A DNA stretch of 64,000 nt from Parcubacteria group bacterium GW2011_GWC1_36_108. Lineage in GTDB: Bacteria; Patescibacteriota; Minisyncoccia; Moranbacterales; GWC2-37-73. Positions 10,713 to 19,821 of the stretch are shown piece by piece (position 1 is the stretch's first letter; every line of letters begins with the position of its first letter). Location of the stretch: assembly GCA_000991245.1 (NCBI GenBank), contig LBRD01000002.1, positions 108,141 through 172,140 on the forward strand. The letters run 5' to 3'. A program made the position numbers and the translations under genes. A model generated the notes under the pieces. It saw only the letters and a program-made list of their open reading frames with translations. It ran no database searches and was not told the DNA's origin.

Positions 10713-11804
10713 ATGTCTTTTCTTAATAAAAAAATATTTAATGACAGTCTGGATGTTTTCGGATTGGATTTGAGCGATTTGTCTGTCAAAATTGTTAATC
10801 TCGAAAGTGATGGCACATCTGAATATGTGGCAAGTTATGCTACAGTAATGCTTGCTAATGGTGCAATAGTTGATGGAGAGATTCAGCAAAAAGATCAAGT
10901 TGTGGCTGCAATAAAAAAGGCAGTTGAAACTGTTGGGCCTGCAAAAATAAAAACCAAGAAGGTTATTTGCTCTTTGCCTGAAACAAAAGCATTCTTACGC
11001 ATTGTTTCAATTCCTCAAATGAGCGATGACGAGCTTAATGAGGCGGTAAAATGGGAAATGGAAGCCAACATCCCGCTTACGCTTGATCAAGTTTATTATG
11101 ATTGGCAGGTAATTCCAGCAGAACTTCTTTTTGAGAAGAATAAGGTAAATTTATTAGTAGTAGCAATTGCAAAAGCCGTTGTTGATCAAACGATAGAGGT
11201 TTTAGAATTGGCGGGATTGGAACCTGTTGGTTTGGAAATAGAATCAATAGCTCAAGCAAGGAGCTTGCTTTTAGAAAAAAATGAAAAGGAAACAATATTG
11301 GTGGTAGATATTGGAGATAGAAGGACTAGTTTTTCAGTTACCAAGGGCGGTGTACCATGCTTTACCTCAAGTATTCCTCTTTGCGGACAATCATTGACCG
11401 ATGTCATCTCAAAGGGGATGAATATTGGTTTTGAAGAAGCAGAAAAAATTAAAATTTCTTATGGTATTGGAGATGATTTCAAAAATGATACTCTTTTTAA
11501 ATCAGTGCAACCAGTTTTGGAAAACCTTTCTCAAGAGATAGAGCGTTCCATTGATTTTTTTGTCACAGGTCTTAAATATTCGGACGGTATTGATAAGATA
11601 ATAATCTGTGGTGGTGGAGCAAATACCAAAGGCATCGTGCCGTATTTATCGAAAAAATTAGGCAGAGAAATTCAACTTGGAAATCCATGGATAAATATGA
11701 ATCTCGGTAAAAATTTGCCAATAATTGAAAAAGGACATTCATTGCAGTTTTCAACAGCAGTAGGACTTGCTCTTAAAGGATTACATTATGAAGATATATC
11801 TTGA
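10713..11804 (+). CDS. pilM: Type IV pilus assembly protein PilM
   Basis: FGLDLSD, VVDIG, ICGGGA actin-like motifs and C-terminal AVGLAL. Start moved to ATG 10713 because the upstream in-frame part is a repeat tract. Confidence 0.92.
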   Translation: MSFLNKKIFNDSLDVFGLDLSDLSVKIVNLESDGTSEYVASYATVMLANGAIVDGEIQQKDQVVAAIKKAVETVGPAKIKTKKVICSLPETKAFLRIVSIPQMSDDELNEAVKWEMEANIPLTLDQVYYDWQVIPAELLFEKNKVNLLVVAIAKAVVDQTIEVLELAGLEPVGLEIESIAQARSLLLEKNEKETILVVDIGDRRTSFSVTKGGVPCFTSSIPLCGQSLTDVISKGMNIGFEEAEKIKISYGIGDDFKNDTLFKSVQPVLENLSQEIERSIDFFVTGLKYSDGIDKIIICGGGANTKGIVPYLSKKLGREIQLGNPWINMNLGKNLPIIEKGHSLQFSTAVGLALKGLHYEDIS

Positions 11805-12342
11805 TTTATTGCCAAAACAAAGAAAAACAGAATTAAAACGAAAAAAATTATTTCGCAGAATTTTGCGCGAGGAATTCTTGTTTTTACTCCCAATAATTTT
11901 GTTTATTATAATTTTGTTTAATATTTTTTATTTGCTTTCTATCGAGCGCAATGCTTCTATGGCTGCAAAATCACTAGCTGAATCACAAGATAAGTATCAA
12001 GAACTTAGTTTATATGAAGAAAAATTTAAACAAGTTAATGAAAATGCTTCAAAATTATTGAAAATTCAAGAAGGGCATTTTTATTGGGCGGAAATTTTTA
12101 ACAAACTGAGTGCTGCCACACCGGAAGAAATTGCGGTTACAGATTTTTCAACAAAAGATCGCAACATATATCTTGTTGGAAAAGCTAAGAGTCGCGATGT
12201 GCTTTTGGAATTTAAGGATGAACTTGAAAAAAACGAATGCTACGAAAATATAAATGTTCCACTGTCTAATCTTGTTGTGAAGAATGATATTGTTTTTCAA
12301 ATGGATTTCTTAATAAAAATGGATTGTCTAAAGAAAAAGTAA
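11788..12342 (+). CDS. pilN: PilN-like protein
   Basis: N-terminal IYLDLLP (PilN INLLP-like), single TM, coiled coil; follows pilM. Confidence 0.8.
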   Translation: MKIYLDLLPKQRKTELKRKKLFRRILREEFLFLLPIILFIIILFNIFYLLSIERNASMAAKSLAESQDKYQELSLYEEKFKQVNENASKLLKIQEGHFYWAEIFNKLSAATPEEIAVTDFSTKDRNIYLVGKAKSRDVLLEFKDELEKNECYENINVPLSNLVVKNDIVFQMDFLIKMDCLKKK

Positions 12343-13019
12343 TGAAGAATTTTTTACACAAACAACGTGAAATTATCGCAATATTGGCTTATGTGGCAGT
12401 TGTTGTTGGTATTATTTATTTTGCTATTTTTCCCTTACTTGGTCGTATAAGCAATATTAATGATGAGATTCAACAAGAAGCAATGAAACAAGAAAGTGTA
12501 AAATTGCATATTGAACAACTTCCAAAAATACAAAAACAATATGAAGCATTGCAAGCAAGCGGAGATTTGATGGATGTTCTTTTGAATAAGGACAAAGCGG
12601 TTGTTTTAATAGAGAGACTTGAAAAGTTAGCTGATAGTACCGGCAATGAAATAACAATCGCAGTACAACAGGACACTGCGCCCATCAAAAAAACTCAAAC
12701 AAAAACAGCAACAACTGCCGCTGTCGAGGATACGCTTGTTGCGAATCTACCAAGCACTGATTATCTAGAAATGAAAATAAGTTTAAATGGAAGCTACAAT
12801 TCTATTATTGAATTTATTGATTTGCTTGAAAAATTTGAATATTACGCTGATATTATTGAAATTAAAATTAATAAAGAAGAGGCGAACGCATCAACCGCAA
12901 ATAGCGCAACTGTTGGAATGTTTTCACGATCGTCATCTGTTGCAAGTAAGCAATCCGAAACACCCTTGAAAAAAGGGGAGTTGGCAGCTTCCTTGGGAGT
13001 GGTATTTTATACGAATTAA
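12342..13019 (+). CDS. pilO: PilO-like protein
   Basis: N-terminal TM, coiled coil, GSYNSIIEFIDLLE motif; follows pilN. Confidence 0.75.
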   Translation: MKNFLHKQREIIAILAYVAVVVGIIYFAIFPLLGRISNINDEIQQEAMKQESVKLHIEQLPKIQKQYEALQASGDLMDVLLNKDKAVVLIERLEKLADSTGNEITIAVQQDTAPIKKTQTKTATTAAVEDTLVANLPSTDYLEMKISLNGSYNSIIEFIDLLEKFEYYADIIEIKINKEEANASTANSATVGMFSRSSSVASKQSETPLKKGELAASLGVVFYTN

Positions 13020-13031
13020 TTATACGAATAT

Positions 13032-13352
13032 ATGCAATTTGATTTTAAAAAATTAACAACGAACAATGGGCAGCTCTTTTCTTCAGTTGTAATTTTTTGG
13101 CAAAGAATTTATAAAACAGTTTTCTTTATTTTTCTAGCAATAGTAATTCTATTGAGTGGATATGTGTGGCAAAGAAGTTTATCTGGAGGACAATGGAGCG
13201 CAGAAAAAAAACAGGAGTTTCTGGATGCACAAAATAAGGGCGTGGTTTTTAAGGAAAGTGTTTTTAACAAGGCACTTTCAGATGTGGAGCTGCGAAAACA
13301 AGAAAGCATTAATGAGAATAAGGAAATAAAAGATATCTTTAAAGATTACTAG
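13032..13352 (+). CDS. Single-TM hypothetical protein ending the pil operon
   Basis: 106-aa ORF with one TM helix, followed by a terminator. Confidence 0.7.
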   Translation: MQFDFKKLTTNNGQLFSSVVIFWQRIYKTVFFIFLAIVILLSGYVWQRSLSGGQWSAEKKQEFLDAQNKGVVFKESVFNKALSDVELRKQESINENKEIKDIFKDY

Positions 13353-13386
13353 TATTTTATTATTAGACTCAAAGCCCTTATAACAC

Positions 13387-13416
13387 AAAAAACTTCAATT
13401 AAAATTGAAGTTTTTT
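13387..13416. terminator. Bidirectional terminator between pil operon and tRNA cluster
   Basis: AAAAAACTTCAATT-AA-AATTGAAGTTTTTT inverted repeat between convergent units. Confidence 0.7.
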
Positions 13417-13422
13417 CTTTTG

Positions 13423-13496
13423 TGCGCCTTGAGAGATTCGAACTCCCGACCTATTGTTCCGAAGACAATCGCTCTATCCAGCTGAGCTAAAGGCGC
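13423..13496 (-). tRNA. tRNA-Arg(TCG)
   Basis: Reverse complement GCGCCTTTAGCTCAGCTGGATAGAGCG-ATTGT-CTTCGGA-ACAAT...GTTCGAATCTCTCAAGGCGCA folds as a cloverleaf. Confidence 0.95.
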
Positions 13497-13531
13497 AAAA
13501 TCCTCGAATTTTTTTTGTGAAATATGTGCTG

Positions 13532-13604
13532 GGCGAGTACTGGGAATCGAACCCAAATTCTCGGTACCACAAACCGATGTCTTAACCGTTAGACGATACC
13601 CGCC
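13532..13604 (-). tRNA. tRNA-His(GTG) with encoded G-1
   Basis: GGCGGGTATCGTCTAACGGTTAAGACA-TCGGT-TTGTGGT-ACCGA...GGTTCGATTCCCAGTACTCGCC. Confidence 0.95.
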
Positions 13605-13670
13605 ATATTGAAATGGAAACTTCTTTTTGTTTAGAAATTAAAAATTAAAAATTAAAAATTTCTTAACATG

Positions 13671-13742
13671 TACCCCCACCAGGAATCGAACCTAGATCTT
13701 CAGCTTAGAAGGCTATTGCTCTATCCGTTGAGCTATGGGGGC
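13671..13742 (-). tRNA. tRNA-Arg(TCT)
   Basis: GCCCCCATAGCTCAACGGATAGAGCAA-TAGC-CTTCTAA-GCTG...GGTTCGATTCCTGGTGGGGGTA. Confidence 0.95.
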
Positions 13743-13780
13743 TCTGTTGTGCAACGTTGGACGCAAAGCGTCTTACGTTG

Positions 13781-13853
13781 TGGGTTATGCAGGATTCGAA
13801 CCTGCGACCGTCGGCTTAAGAGGCCGCTGCTCTACCAACTGAGCTAATAACCC
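13781..13853 (-). tRNA. tRNA-Lys(CTT)
   Basis: GGGTTATTAGCTCAGTTGGTAGAGCAG-CGGC-CTCTTAA-GCCG...GGTTCGAATCCTGCATAACCCA. Confidence 0.95.
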
Positions 13854-13923
13854 AATTTTTTAACAACTAGCCAAGTATATCAGCTTTTTTGCACTTAGTC
13901 AATCCACATAATTCCACAGTTGC

Positions 13924-15231
13924 CTAGTTCTTTTCAGCAGCTCTTGCCATATCGCGCAATGTTTTTTTGTATGCCTTCCACTCATCTTCTGACCAATTGG
14001 ATGGTTTGGCGCTAAGGGTTGGTCCACCTGGATGCGGATATTTATACGGCGATCCGTATGAACTGTTAAAGACATCTGTGATAAATTCACTGCCATCACT
14101 TTTGAAAACATGTTGGGTAAAGTGTGCCTTGAGTGAGCCATCAGGCTGTCTGTCTGTGGTATATGGCCCATCGACTGTAATTTTTCTTCCATCATCAGTT
14201 CCATAAAAACTAAAAGTAAGTTGAGTGCCCTCTATTTTTGCCTGGATTAATATATGGTTTGGGGTGTTGTTAATAAATCTTAAATCAGGATTAGGGACAT
14301 AGATAGTCGAATCCATTCCTTGTGGATTGTAATATGAAACTGGGTAGGCGTGATTTCTTCGCGCTGTTATTTTTAAGCCTGAATAAATGGCGGCCCTAAA
14401 AGCTGTGGTTGAGACCTGGCAAACTCCTCCACCAAATTCAGGTTCGGTTACACCTTGTTTGATTACAAGTTCAGGAAGATAACCATGCTCAGCATCAACC
14501 TCGCCAAGATTTTTCACAAATGAGAACTCCTCTCCTGGTTTAATAAGTAGACCATTAAATCTTCGAGTTGCAACTTTAATGTTAAAAACTCTATTGCTAG
14601 GAGATCCCTTAAAATTAGAAGTTCCTTCACCGATAAGAGATGAGATTCCAAGATCATTAACATCTCCATAATTTGTGTCAGATTTTTTTATGTCAAAAGG
14701 CAGTGCTATGTTCTGCTCAGTTTTGAAATTGTATTTATTTAGAGCATCTGTGATAACTTCGAGACTTTTTTCTATATTAAGGGTTATTCCTTTTTGAGAT
14801 TCTGAAAAAGTGACAACTTTGCCATTTTCCACTTTAAATTTTGCTTCTATTGGATCCTTATTTACTTTTCTCGCCAAATCTTCAAGGTAGGATTGAATAG
14901 CTTGTGTGTCTATGTTTGGCTGAGAGGATAATTGCAGGTGTTGGCGTTGAATTTTGGTAAGTGTGAGTTCACAAAAAAGTTTGTTGACCGGACAAAATGA
15001 AGCATTTTCAAATTCTCCTTTTGCGCTTGGTGAAAGTGAAAAAGAAGTGGTATAAAAAACCCACTTATTAAGCAGATCATCCGACACAACTTCCGAATAT
15101 TGATCAACAGAGAGTGTTGTGGTTGGAGCGCTGGCTGTTTTTGTTACAGCTTGGTCTTCGGCAGCTGAAACTGCACAGCCAATTGTAAGAAAAATTACGA
15201 TTAAAAATGCTGTGTAGGAATATTTACGCAT
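13924..15231 (-). CDS. VanW-family exported protein with putative peptidoglycan-binding domain
   Basis: GGGVCQVSTTAFRAA and RRNHAYPVSYY VanW motifs. Signal peptide begins at MRKYS (15231); the ORF-track extension runs through a repeat tract. Confidence 0.88.
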   Translation of the reverse strand: MRKYSYTAFLIVIFLTIGCAVSAAEDQAVTKTASAPTTTLSVDQYSEVVSDDLLNKWVFYTTSFSLSPSAKGEFENASFCPVNKLFCELTLTKIQRQHLQLSSQPNIDTQAIQSYLEDLARKVNKDPIEAKFKVENGKVVTFSESQKGITLNIEKSLEVITDALNKYNFKTEQNIALPFDIKKSDTNYGDVNDLGISSLIGEGTSNFKGSPSNRVFNIKVATRRFNGLLIKPGEEFSFVKNLGEVDAEHGYLPELVIKQGVTEPEFGGGVCQVSTTAFRAAIYSGLKITARRNHAYPVSYYNPQGMDSTIYVPNPDLRFINNTPNHILIQAKIEGTQLTFSFYGTDDGRKITVDGPYTTDRQPDGSLKAHFTQHVFKSDGSEFITDVFNSSYGSPYKYPHPGGPTLSAKPSNWSEDEWKAYKKTLRDMARAAEKN

Positions 15232-15461
15232 AAGTTTAGCATACTGCAAAATTTGGAATATAACAAGAGTATAATATAGGAATTGGGAATTAGGTTGTAG
15301 GTAGTAGGAAATACAAAAATACAAAAAAATATAGGGGTTAGGTTGTAGGAATTAGGAGTTAGGTCGCAAAAAAAAGGGGGGGGTAGTAAAAAATAAAAAA
15401 TTCAGCTACAAGCTGAATTTTTTATTTTCTAATTCCTACGACCTAACTCCTAATTCCTGCT

Positions 15462-15971
15462 TTAGAATCCACGAACTTGGATACGTTTGATTTTTGTTGT
15501 GTCTGCTTTTGGTAGGCGGATAGTTAGGATGCCGTTTTTAAGTGATGCCTCTGCTTTGTCAGAAATGATATCAACAGGAAGAACAACAGAACGTGAAAAA
15601 TGACCCCAGTAGCATTCTTGGTAATAATAGTTTTCACCGTTTACAATTTCTTCATTCTTTCTTTCACCCTTAATGGTTACCATATCGTTGTTAATCGAAA
15701 CATCCAAATCTTCAGGCTTCACACCTGCAATGGTTGATTTGATAACAATTTCAGTGTCAGTTTGATACACATCAATTGTAAGCTGGCCTTCTGCATCAGA
15801 AGAAAAATTCTCTTCTTCCACAAAAACAGAGCGTTGAGGTTGAGCGTTCATAATCATTTCGGTTTCTTCCTCTTCGGCATAAATAGGCATAGTTGATTCT
15901 CTTCTTTCGTCTGGTTCAATTGATGTTGCCCCAGTTACGCGTTCAAAAAATGATTTTTTTGTTTTCAACAT
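15462..15971 (-). CDS. Hsp20/alpha-crystallin small heat shock protein
   Basis: IDVYQT, GVKPEDLDV, GHFSRSVVLP, ASLKNGILTIRLPK. Confidence 0.93.
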   Translation of the reverse strand: MLKTKKSFFERVTGATSIEPDERRESTMPIYAEEEETEMIMNAQPQRSVFVEEENFSSDAEGQLTIDVYQTDTEIVIKSTIAGVKPEDLDVSINNDMVTIKGERKNEEIVNGENYYYQECYWGHFSRSVVLPVDIISDKAEASLKNGILTIRLPKADTTKIKRIQVRGF

Positions 15972-16059
15972 AATAAATTTTATGTAAATCTTTGATCAAA
16001 ATGACCAATGATTTCCCCCTGTTTAAAAATTAAGTTATATGAATATTATATGATGATTT

Positions 16060-16656
16060 TCAGTCCCGCGCAAGTCGAGTATTAATTCTGATGAAATTGA
16101 TAATGTTAATAAAGATCAGTAGCCCAAGTAGGGTAAAAATTGCGTAGTTTAAAATAAGTGTGCGATCTAGGATTAAAAGGTTGTATGCACTATGAAAAAA
16201 AACGACCAATATTGTGGCATAAATAGCTGTGCTTAGTTTTTTGGGATTTTTTATTGCGGTAATGTATCCAATAAGGCCGGCAGTTCCAATGTGGATGGTT
16301 GCGATTTCAGCCAAGAACTTGGCATCAGGTATGATTCCTGTTGCTATGATTAAAATCAGTTCAACTGAAAAAAATCCGATACCAACCAAGAATGAATTTG
16401 TTAAATATGATCTTCCAAATGATAGCATTTCGATTCGTCTGGAAATTACAATATATTTGAAAACTTCCTCCACGAAAACCCCAATGATAATAAACTGGGG
16501 GATTATAAAAAGTTGTAAAAAGGAAATGTTGGATGGCTGGCTGGATCGTATTGAAAAACCGATAAAAATTATCAGCTCCACAATAAGTGCGCCCAATGCC
16601 GCGATTATTCCCCAGAAAAATGATTCAAGTTTTGTCATTAGGGATTGCTCAATCAA
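16060..16656 (-). CDS. PrsW-like intramembrane glutamic protease family protein
   Basis: Multi-TM protein with VEEVFK, GIGFFSVE and HSAYN motifs. Confidence 0.7.
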   Translation of the reverse strand: MIEQSLMTKLESFFWGIIAALGALIVELIIFIGFSIRSSQPSNISFLQLFIIPQFIIIGVFVEEVFKYIVISRRIEMLSFGRSYLTNSFLVGIGFFSVELILIIATGIIPDAKFLAEIATIHIGTAGLIGYITAIKNPKKLSTAIYATILVVFFHSAYNLLILDRTLILNYAIFTLLGLLIFINIINFIRINTRLARD

Positions 16657-16694
16657 TTAGAATTTTTTAAAAATTTTATTCTCTGGAAACTTTT

Positions 16695-19328
16695 TTACTT
16701 TAGTGAGGCTAGATGTTTTTTGAGTTCGGCTAGCTCAGCTTGTTTTTTGGCGAGCGTTTCTTTTTGCTGAGAAATTACCTGCTCGGGAGCTTTGGAAACA
16801 AATTCTTTATTACCAAGTCTTGTTGATGAACCAGTGATGAATTTTTCAAGATTAGCTATTTCTTTTTCAGCTTTTGTTCTTTCCAGCTCAACATCAATAA
16901 GGCCGACAAGCGGAATTTTTATGATGCATTCTCCCACAACTCTCTGAATGAAGCCGCCAATCAATATTTCGTTAAATTTTATAACAGAAACTCCTGCTGA
17001 TTTTTTTATGAAATCTGCGTTTTCCAAGATGACTTTTTCAGATGATGCAGAAGCTGTTTCCACCCAAAGCTCTATTTTTTTGGCGGATTCTATGTTTTTT
17101 TCTTTTCTAACATTACGTATTGTTTTGTTGAGCGATAGTACAAATGGAAAATATGAAGAGGTTTTTGCTTGCTTGCTTTCTTCATAAGCTGGCCACTTTG
17201 AAATCATTAACAATTCTTTTTCTCCTGCCAAAGTCCAAATATGTTCCGTCACGAATGGAATAAAAGGATGCCATAATTTGAGCAATTTATCCAAAACATA
17301 ACCAAGTACCTTGTCATTCTTCTCTATTTTTTGAGTTTCAATGTATCCATCTGCAAAAGAATTCCACGTGAAAGTTTTTAATAAATCAGCTGCAACAGAG
17401 ATTTGTTTGCTTTCAAATAATTGATTTGTTTTTCCAATTAATTCATTTAAGCTGTCAGTAATCCAGCGGTCTGCCTCTGAGTTTATATCTTCCTTCGAAA
17501 TCTCTTCAACCAGTTTGAAATTTTCTTGCGAGAGGCAGTAGCGCGAAATGTTCCAAAGTTTGTTGGCAAAATTTCGGAAGGTTTCAATTTTTTCTTCGTA
17601 TAGACGTGAGTTTTGACCAGGAGCAGAGTCCATAATCAAACTCATACGCAATGCATCGGCGCCAAATTTTTCAATAACAGTAAGTGGATCGATTCCATTT
17701 CCTCTGGATTTGGAAAATTTGTGACCATCTTTGTCAAGCACCAGCCCAGTGAAAAATAAATTTTTAAAGGGTATTTTTCCTGTCGTGTATAGACTCATCA
17801 TTATCATTCGCGATGACCAAAAAAACAAAAGGTCGCGACCCATTACCATTGTGTTTGTCGGATAAAACATTTCAAAATCTTTTTCTTTTGATTTTAGTGT
17901 GGTATATGCCCATTGCGAAGAGGTGAACCATGTGTCGAAAGTGTTTTCATCTTGAACCACCGCTCCGCCACAATGTGGACAGCTGTCAATTTTTTCAATG
18001 GAAATTATTGGTTCACTGCATTTTGGTTGTGAGTTGTGAGTTGTAAGTTGTGAGTTAGTGCAATACCAAACAGGGAATTGTGGACCCCACCAAATTTGGC
18101 GAGAAATGCACCAGTCGCGCATATTATCAAACCAGTCGATGAGAATTTTTTGAAAATTATTTGGAAAAATTTCAATTTCATTTTTTTTGATAGCTTCAAT
18201 TGCTTTCTTTTTCAGGGAAAAGTTTTTAGCATCAACATTGATAAACCATTGGTTTGAAGTCAAAGGTTCAATAATTGTTTTGCAACGTTCGCAAATTGAA
18301 ACGCTGTGTGTCATCTCTTCAATTTTTTCCAGTAAGTTTAATTTTTCCAAATCTTTGATGATCTCTTCTCTTGCTTCGTGCACCGTAAGACCTGCATATT
18401 TTCCGCCAAGTTCAGTGATTAAAGCTTTTTCATCAATGATTTGGATTTCCTCTAACTTGTGATCTTTGCCAATCTCCCAGTCGAGAGGATCGTGAGATGG
18501 TGTGATTTTTACAGCTCCAGTTCCAAATGACAAATCAATTCGTTTATCTGCAATAATTGGAATGATCGTATTTTGAAGTGGTAGAATAATATTTTTCCCA
18601 ACTAATTTTGAATAGCGTTTGTCTTTAGGATTAACCGCTACAGCAGTGTCACCAAGCATTGTTTCGGGACGCGTTGTTGCAACCGTAATAAAATCGGTTG
18701 AATTCTCAATCGGATATTTGATAAAATATAGTTTTCCAGGAGTTTCTTTGTGCAAAACTTCCACATCGGAAAGTGCGGTTCCACAGCGCGGGCACCAATT
18801 TATTATTCTTTTGCCTTTATAAATCAAGCCATCTTCGTGCATTTTCACAAAAGTTTCAAGTGCGGTTTTGAGCACATCTGGATCAAGAGTAAATTTTTCT
18901 CGTGACCAATCAGCAGAGATTCCAATTTTCTTTTCTTGGCTGCGCATATAATCTGCACGATCAATACAAAAGGCATAAGTTTTTTTGTAAAAATCTTCGC
19001 GTCCAATTTCTTGGCGAGAAAGTCCTTTTTCAGCTTGCAATTTTTTTTCAAAAACAACCTGCGTCTGAATTCCAGCATGATCTTTCCCAGGGAGAAGTAA
19101 GGTTTTTTTGCCATTCATACGAGCCCAGCGACCAAAAATATCCATCACAGTGTATCCACTGGCATGCCCAATGTGCAGTTCGCCATTAGCATTTGGCGGC
19201 GGAAGAATATTGCAATATGTTTCTTTTGAATCTATATTGTCAGGATTAAAATATCCGCTTTTCTCCCAGCGAGCATAAATTTCATTCTCAATTTTTTGTG
19301 GCTCGTATATTTTTGGAAGTTCTTTCAT
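16695..19328 (-). CDS. valS: Valine--tRNA ligase
   Basis: PPPNANGELHIGH, ATTRPETMLGD, DWCISRQIWWG, KFSKS, C-terminal coiled-coil arm. Confidence 0.97.
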   Translation of the reverse strand: MKELPKIYEPQKIENEIYARWEKSGYFNPDNIDSKETYCNILPPPNANGELHIGHASGYTVMDIFGRWARMNGKKTLLLPGKDHAGIQTQVVFEKKLQAEKGLSRQEIGREDFYKKTYAFCIDRADYMRSQEKKIGISADWSREKFTLDPDVLKTALETFVKMHEDGLIYKGKRIINWCPRCGTALSDVEVLHKETPGKLYFIKYPIENSTDFITVATTRPETMLGDTAVAVNPKDKRYSKLVGKNIILPLQNTIIPIIADKRIDLSFGTGAVKITPSHDPLDWEIGKDHKLEEIQIIDEKALITELGGKYAGLTVHEAREEIIKDLEKLNLLEKIEEMTHSVSICERCKTIIEPLTSNQWFINVDAKNFSLKKKAIEAIKKNEIEIFPNNFQKILIDWFDNMRDWCISRQIWWGPQFPVWYCTNSQLTTHNSQPKCSEPIISIEKIDSCPHCGGAVVQDENTFDTWFTSSQWAYTTLKSKEKDFEMFYPTNTMVMGRDLLFFWSSRMIMMSLYTTGKIPFKNLFFTGLVLDKDGHKFSKSRGNGIDPLTVIEKFGADALRMSLIMDSAPGQNSRLYEEKIETFRNFANKLWNISRYCLSQENFKLVEEISKEDINSEADRWITDSLNELIGKTNQLFESKQISVAADLLKTFTWNSFADGYIETQKIEKNDKVLGYVLDKLLKLWHPFIPFVTEHIWTLAGEKELLMISKWPAYEESKQAKTSSYFPFVLSLNKTIRNVRKEKNIESAKKIELWVETASASSEKVILENADFIKKSAGVSVIKFNEILIGGFIQRVVGECIIKIPLVGLIDVELERTKAEKEIANLEKFITGSSTRLGNKEFVSKAPEQVISQQKETLAKKQAELAELKKHLASLK

Positions 19329-19437
19329 GTTTTTTCTTTATATAAAAGCTTTAATATGTATTTATCTTAGCAGGATAAGGGATATTTTTCAAGAATGTAA
19401 ATGCGGAAAGGGCGATTGTGATACAATCGCCCTTTTT

Positions 19438-19761
19438 TTAGGGTTGCGTTAACTCCTCAACTATCGCGTCCCTTAGTTCCTGCGAAAGTGAGGACTTTTG
19501 AATTTGCAACACAAATAATTTGATGTCTTTTCCAAGAGTCTCCGTTATAAATGTTGACAGGAGAATTTGAGGTTGCAACTCTTTGCTGTCGGAAAATATT
19601 TCTCCGAGCTGTTGAATGTAATGACCTGTAGCATTCATTGTTACATCTTCCTTGAATATGTCAGCACATTCTTTGATGGATCTAATTAGTGAGGGATCTC
19701 CGTTAGTAGCTACATAGACTTGATAAAGCATTCTTGCAATCGTGCTCATTTTAGGTCTCAT
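19438..19761 (-). CDS. Hypothetical protein (orphan, SD-led)
   Basis: AAGGAGG 6 nt before ATG; terminator hairpin at 19407-19438. Confidence 0.75.
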   Translation of the reverse strand: MRPKMSTIARMLYQVYVATNGDPSLIRSIKECADIFKEDVTMNATGHYIQQLGEIFSDSKELQPQILLSTFITETLGKDIKLFVLQIQKSSLSQELRDAIVEELTQP

Positions 19762-19821
19762 GCTGACCCTCCTTTTAAGTTGCTAATATTATGGTATCTC
19801 TATATCTATCTTTGCACATAT

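Noticed and set aside
13751-13781. GGACGCAAAGC resembles part of a c-di-GMP-I riboswitch
   Set aside because: It is the loop of a simple spacer hairpin between two tRNAs; the rest of the motif is missing.
15367-15383. A8-G8 homopolymer run as a phase-variation switch
   Set aside because: Intergenic, between a repeat tract and a terminator; I cannot place it in a promoter spacer or coding frame.
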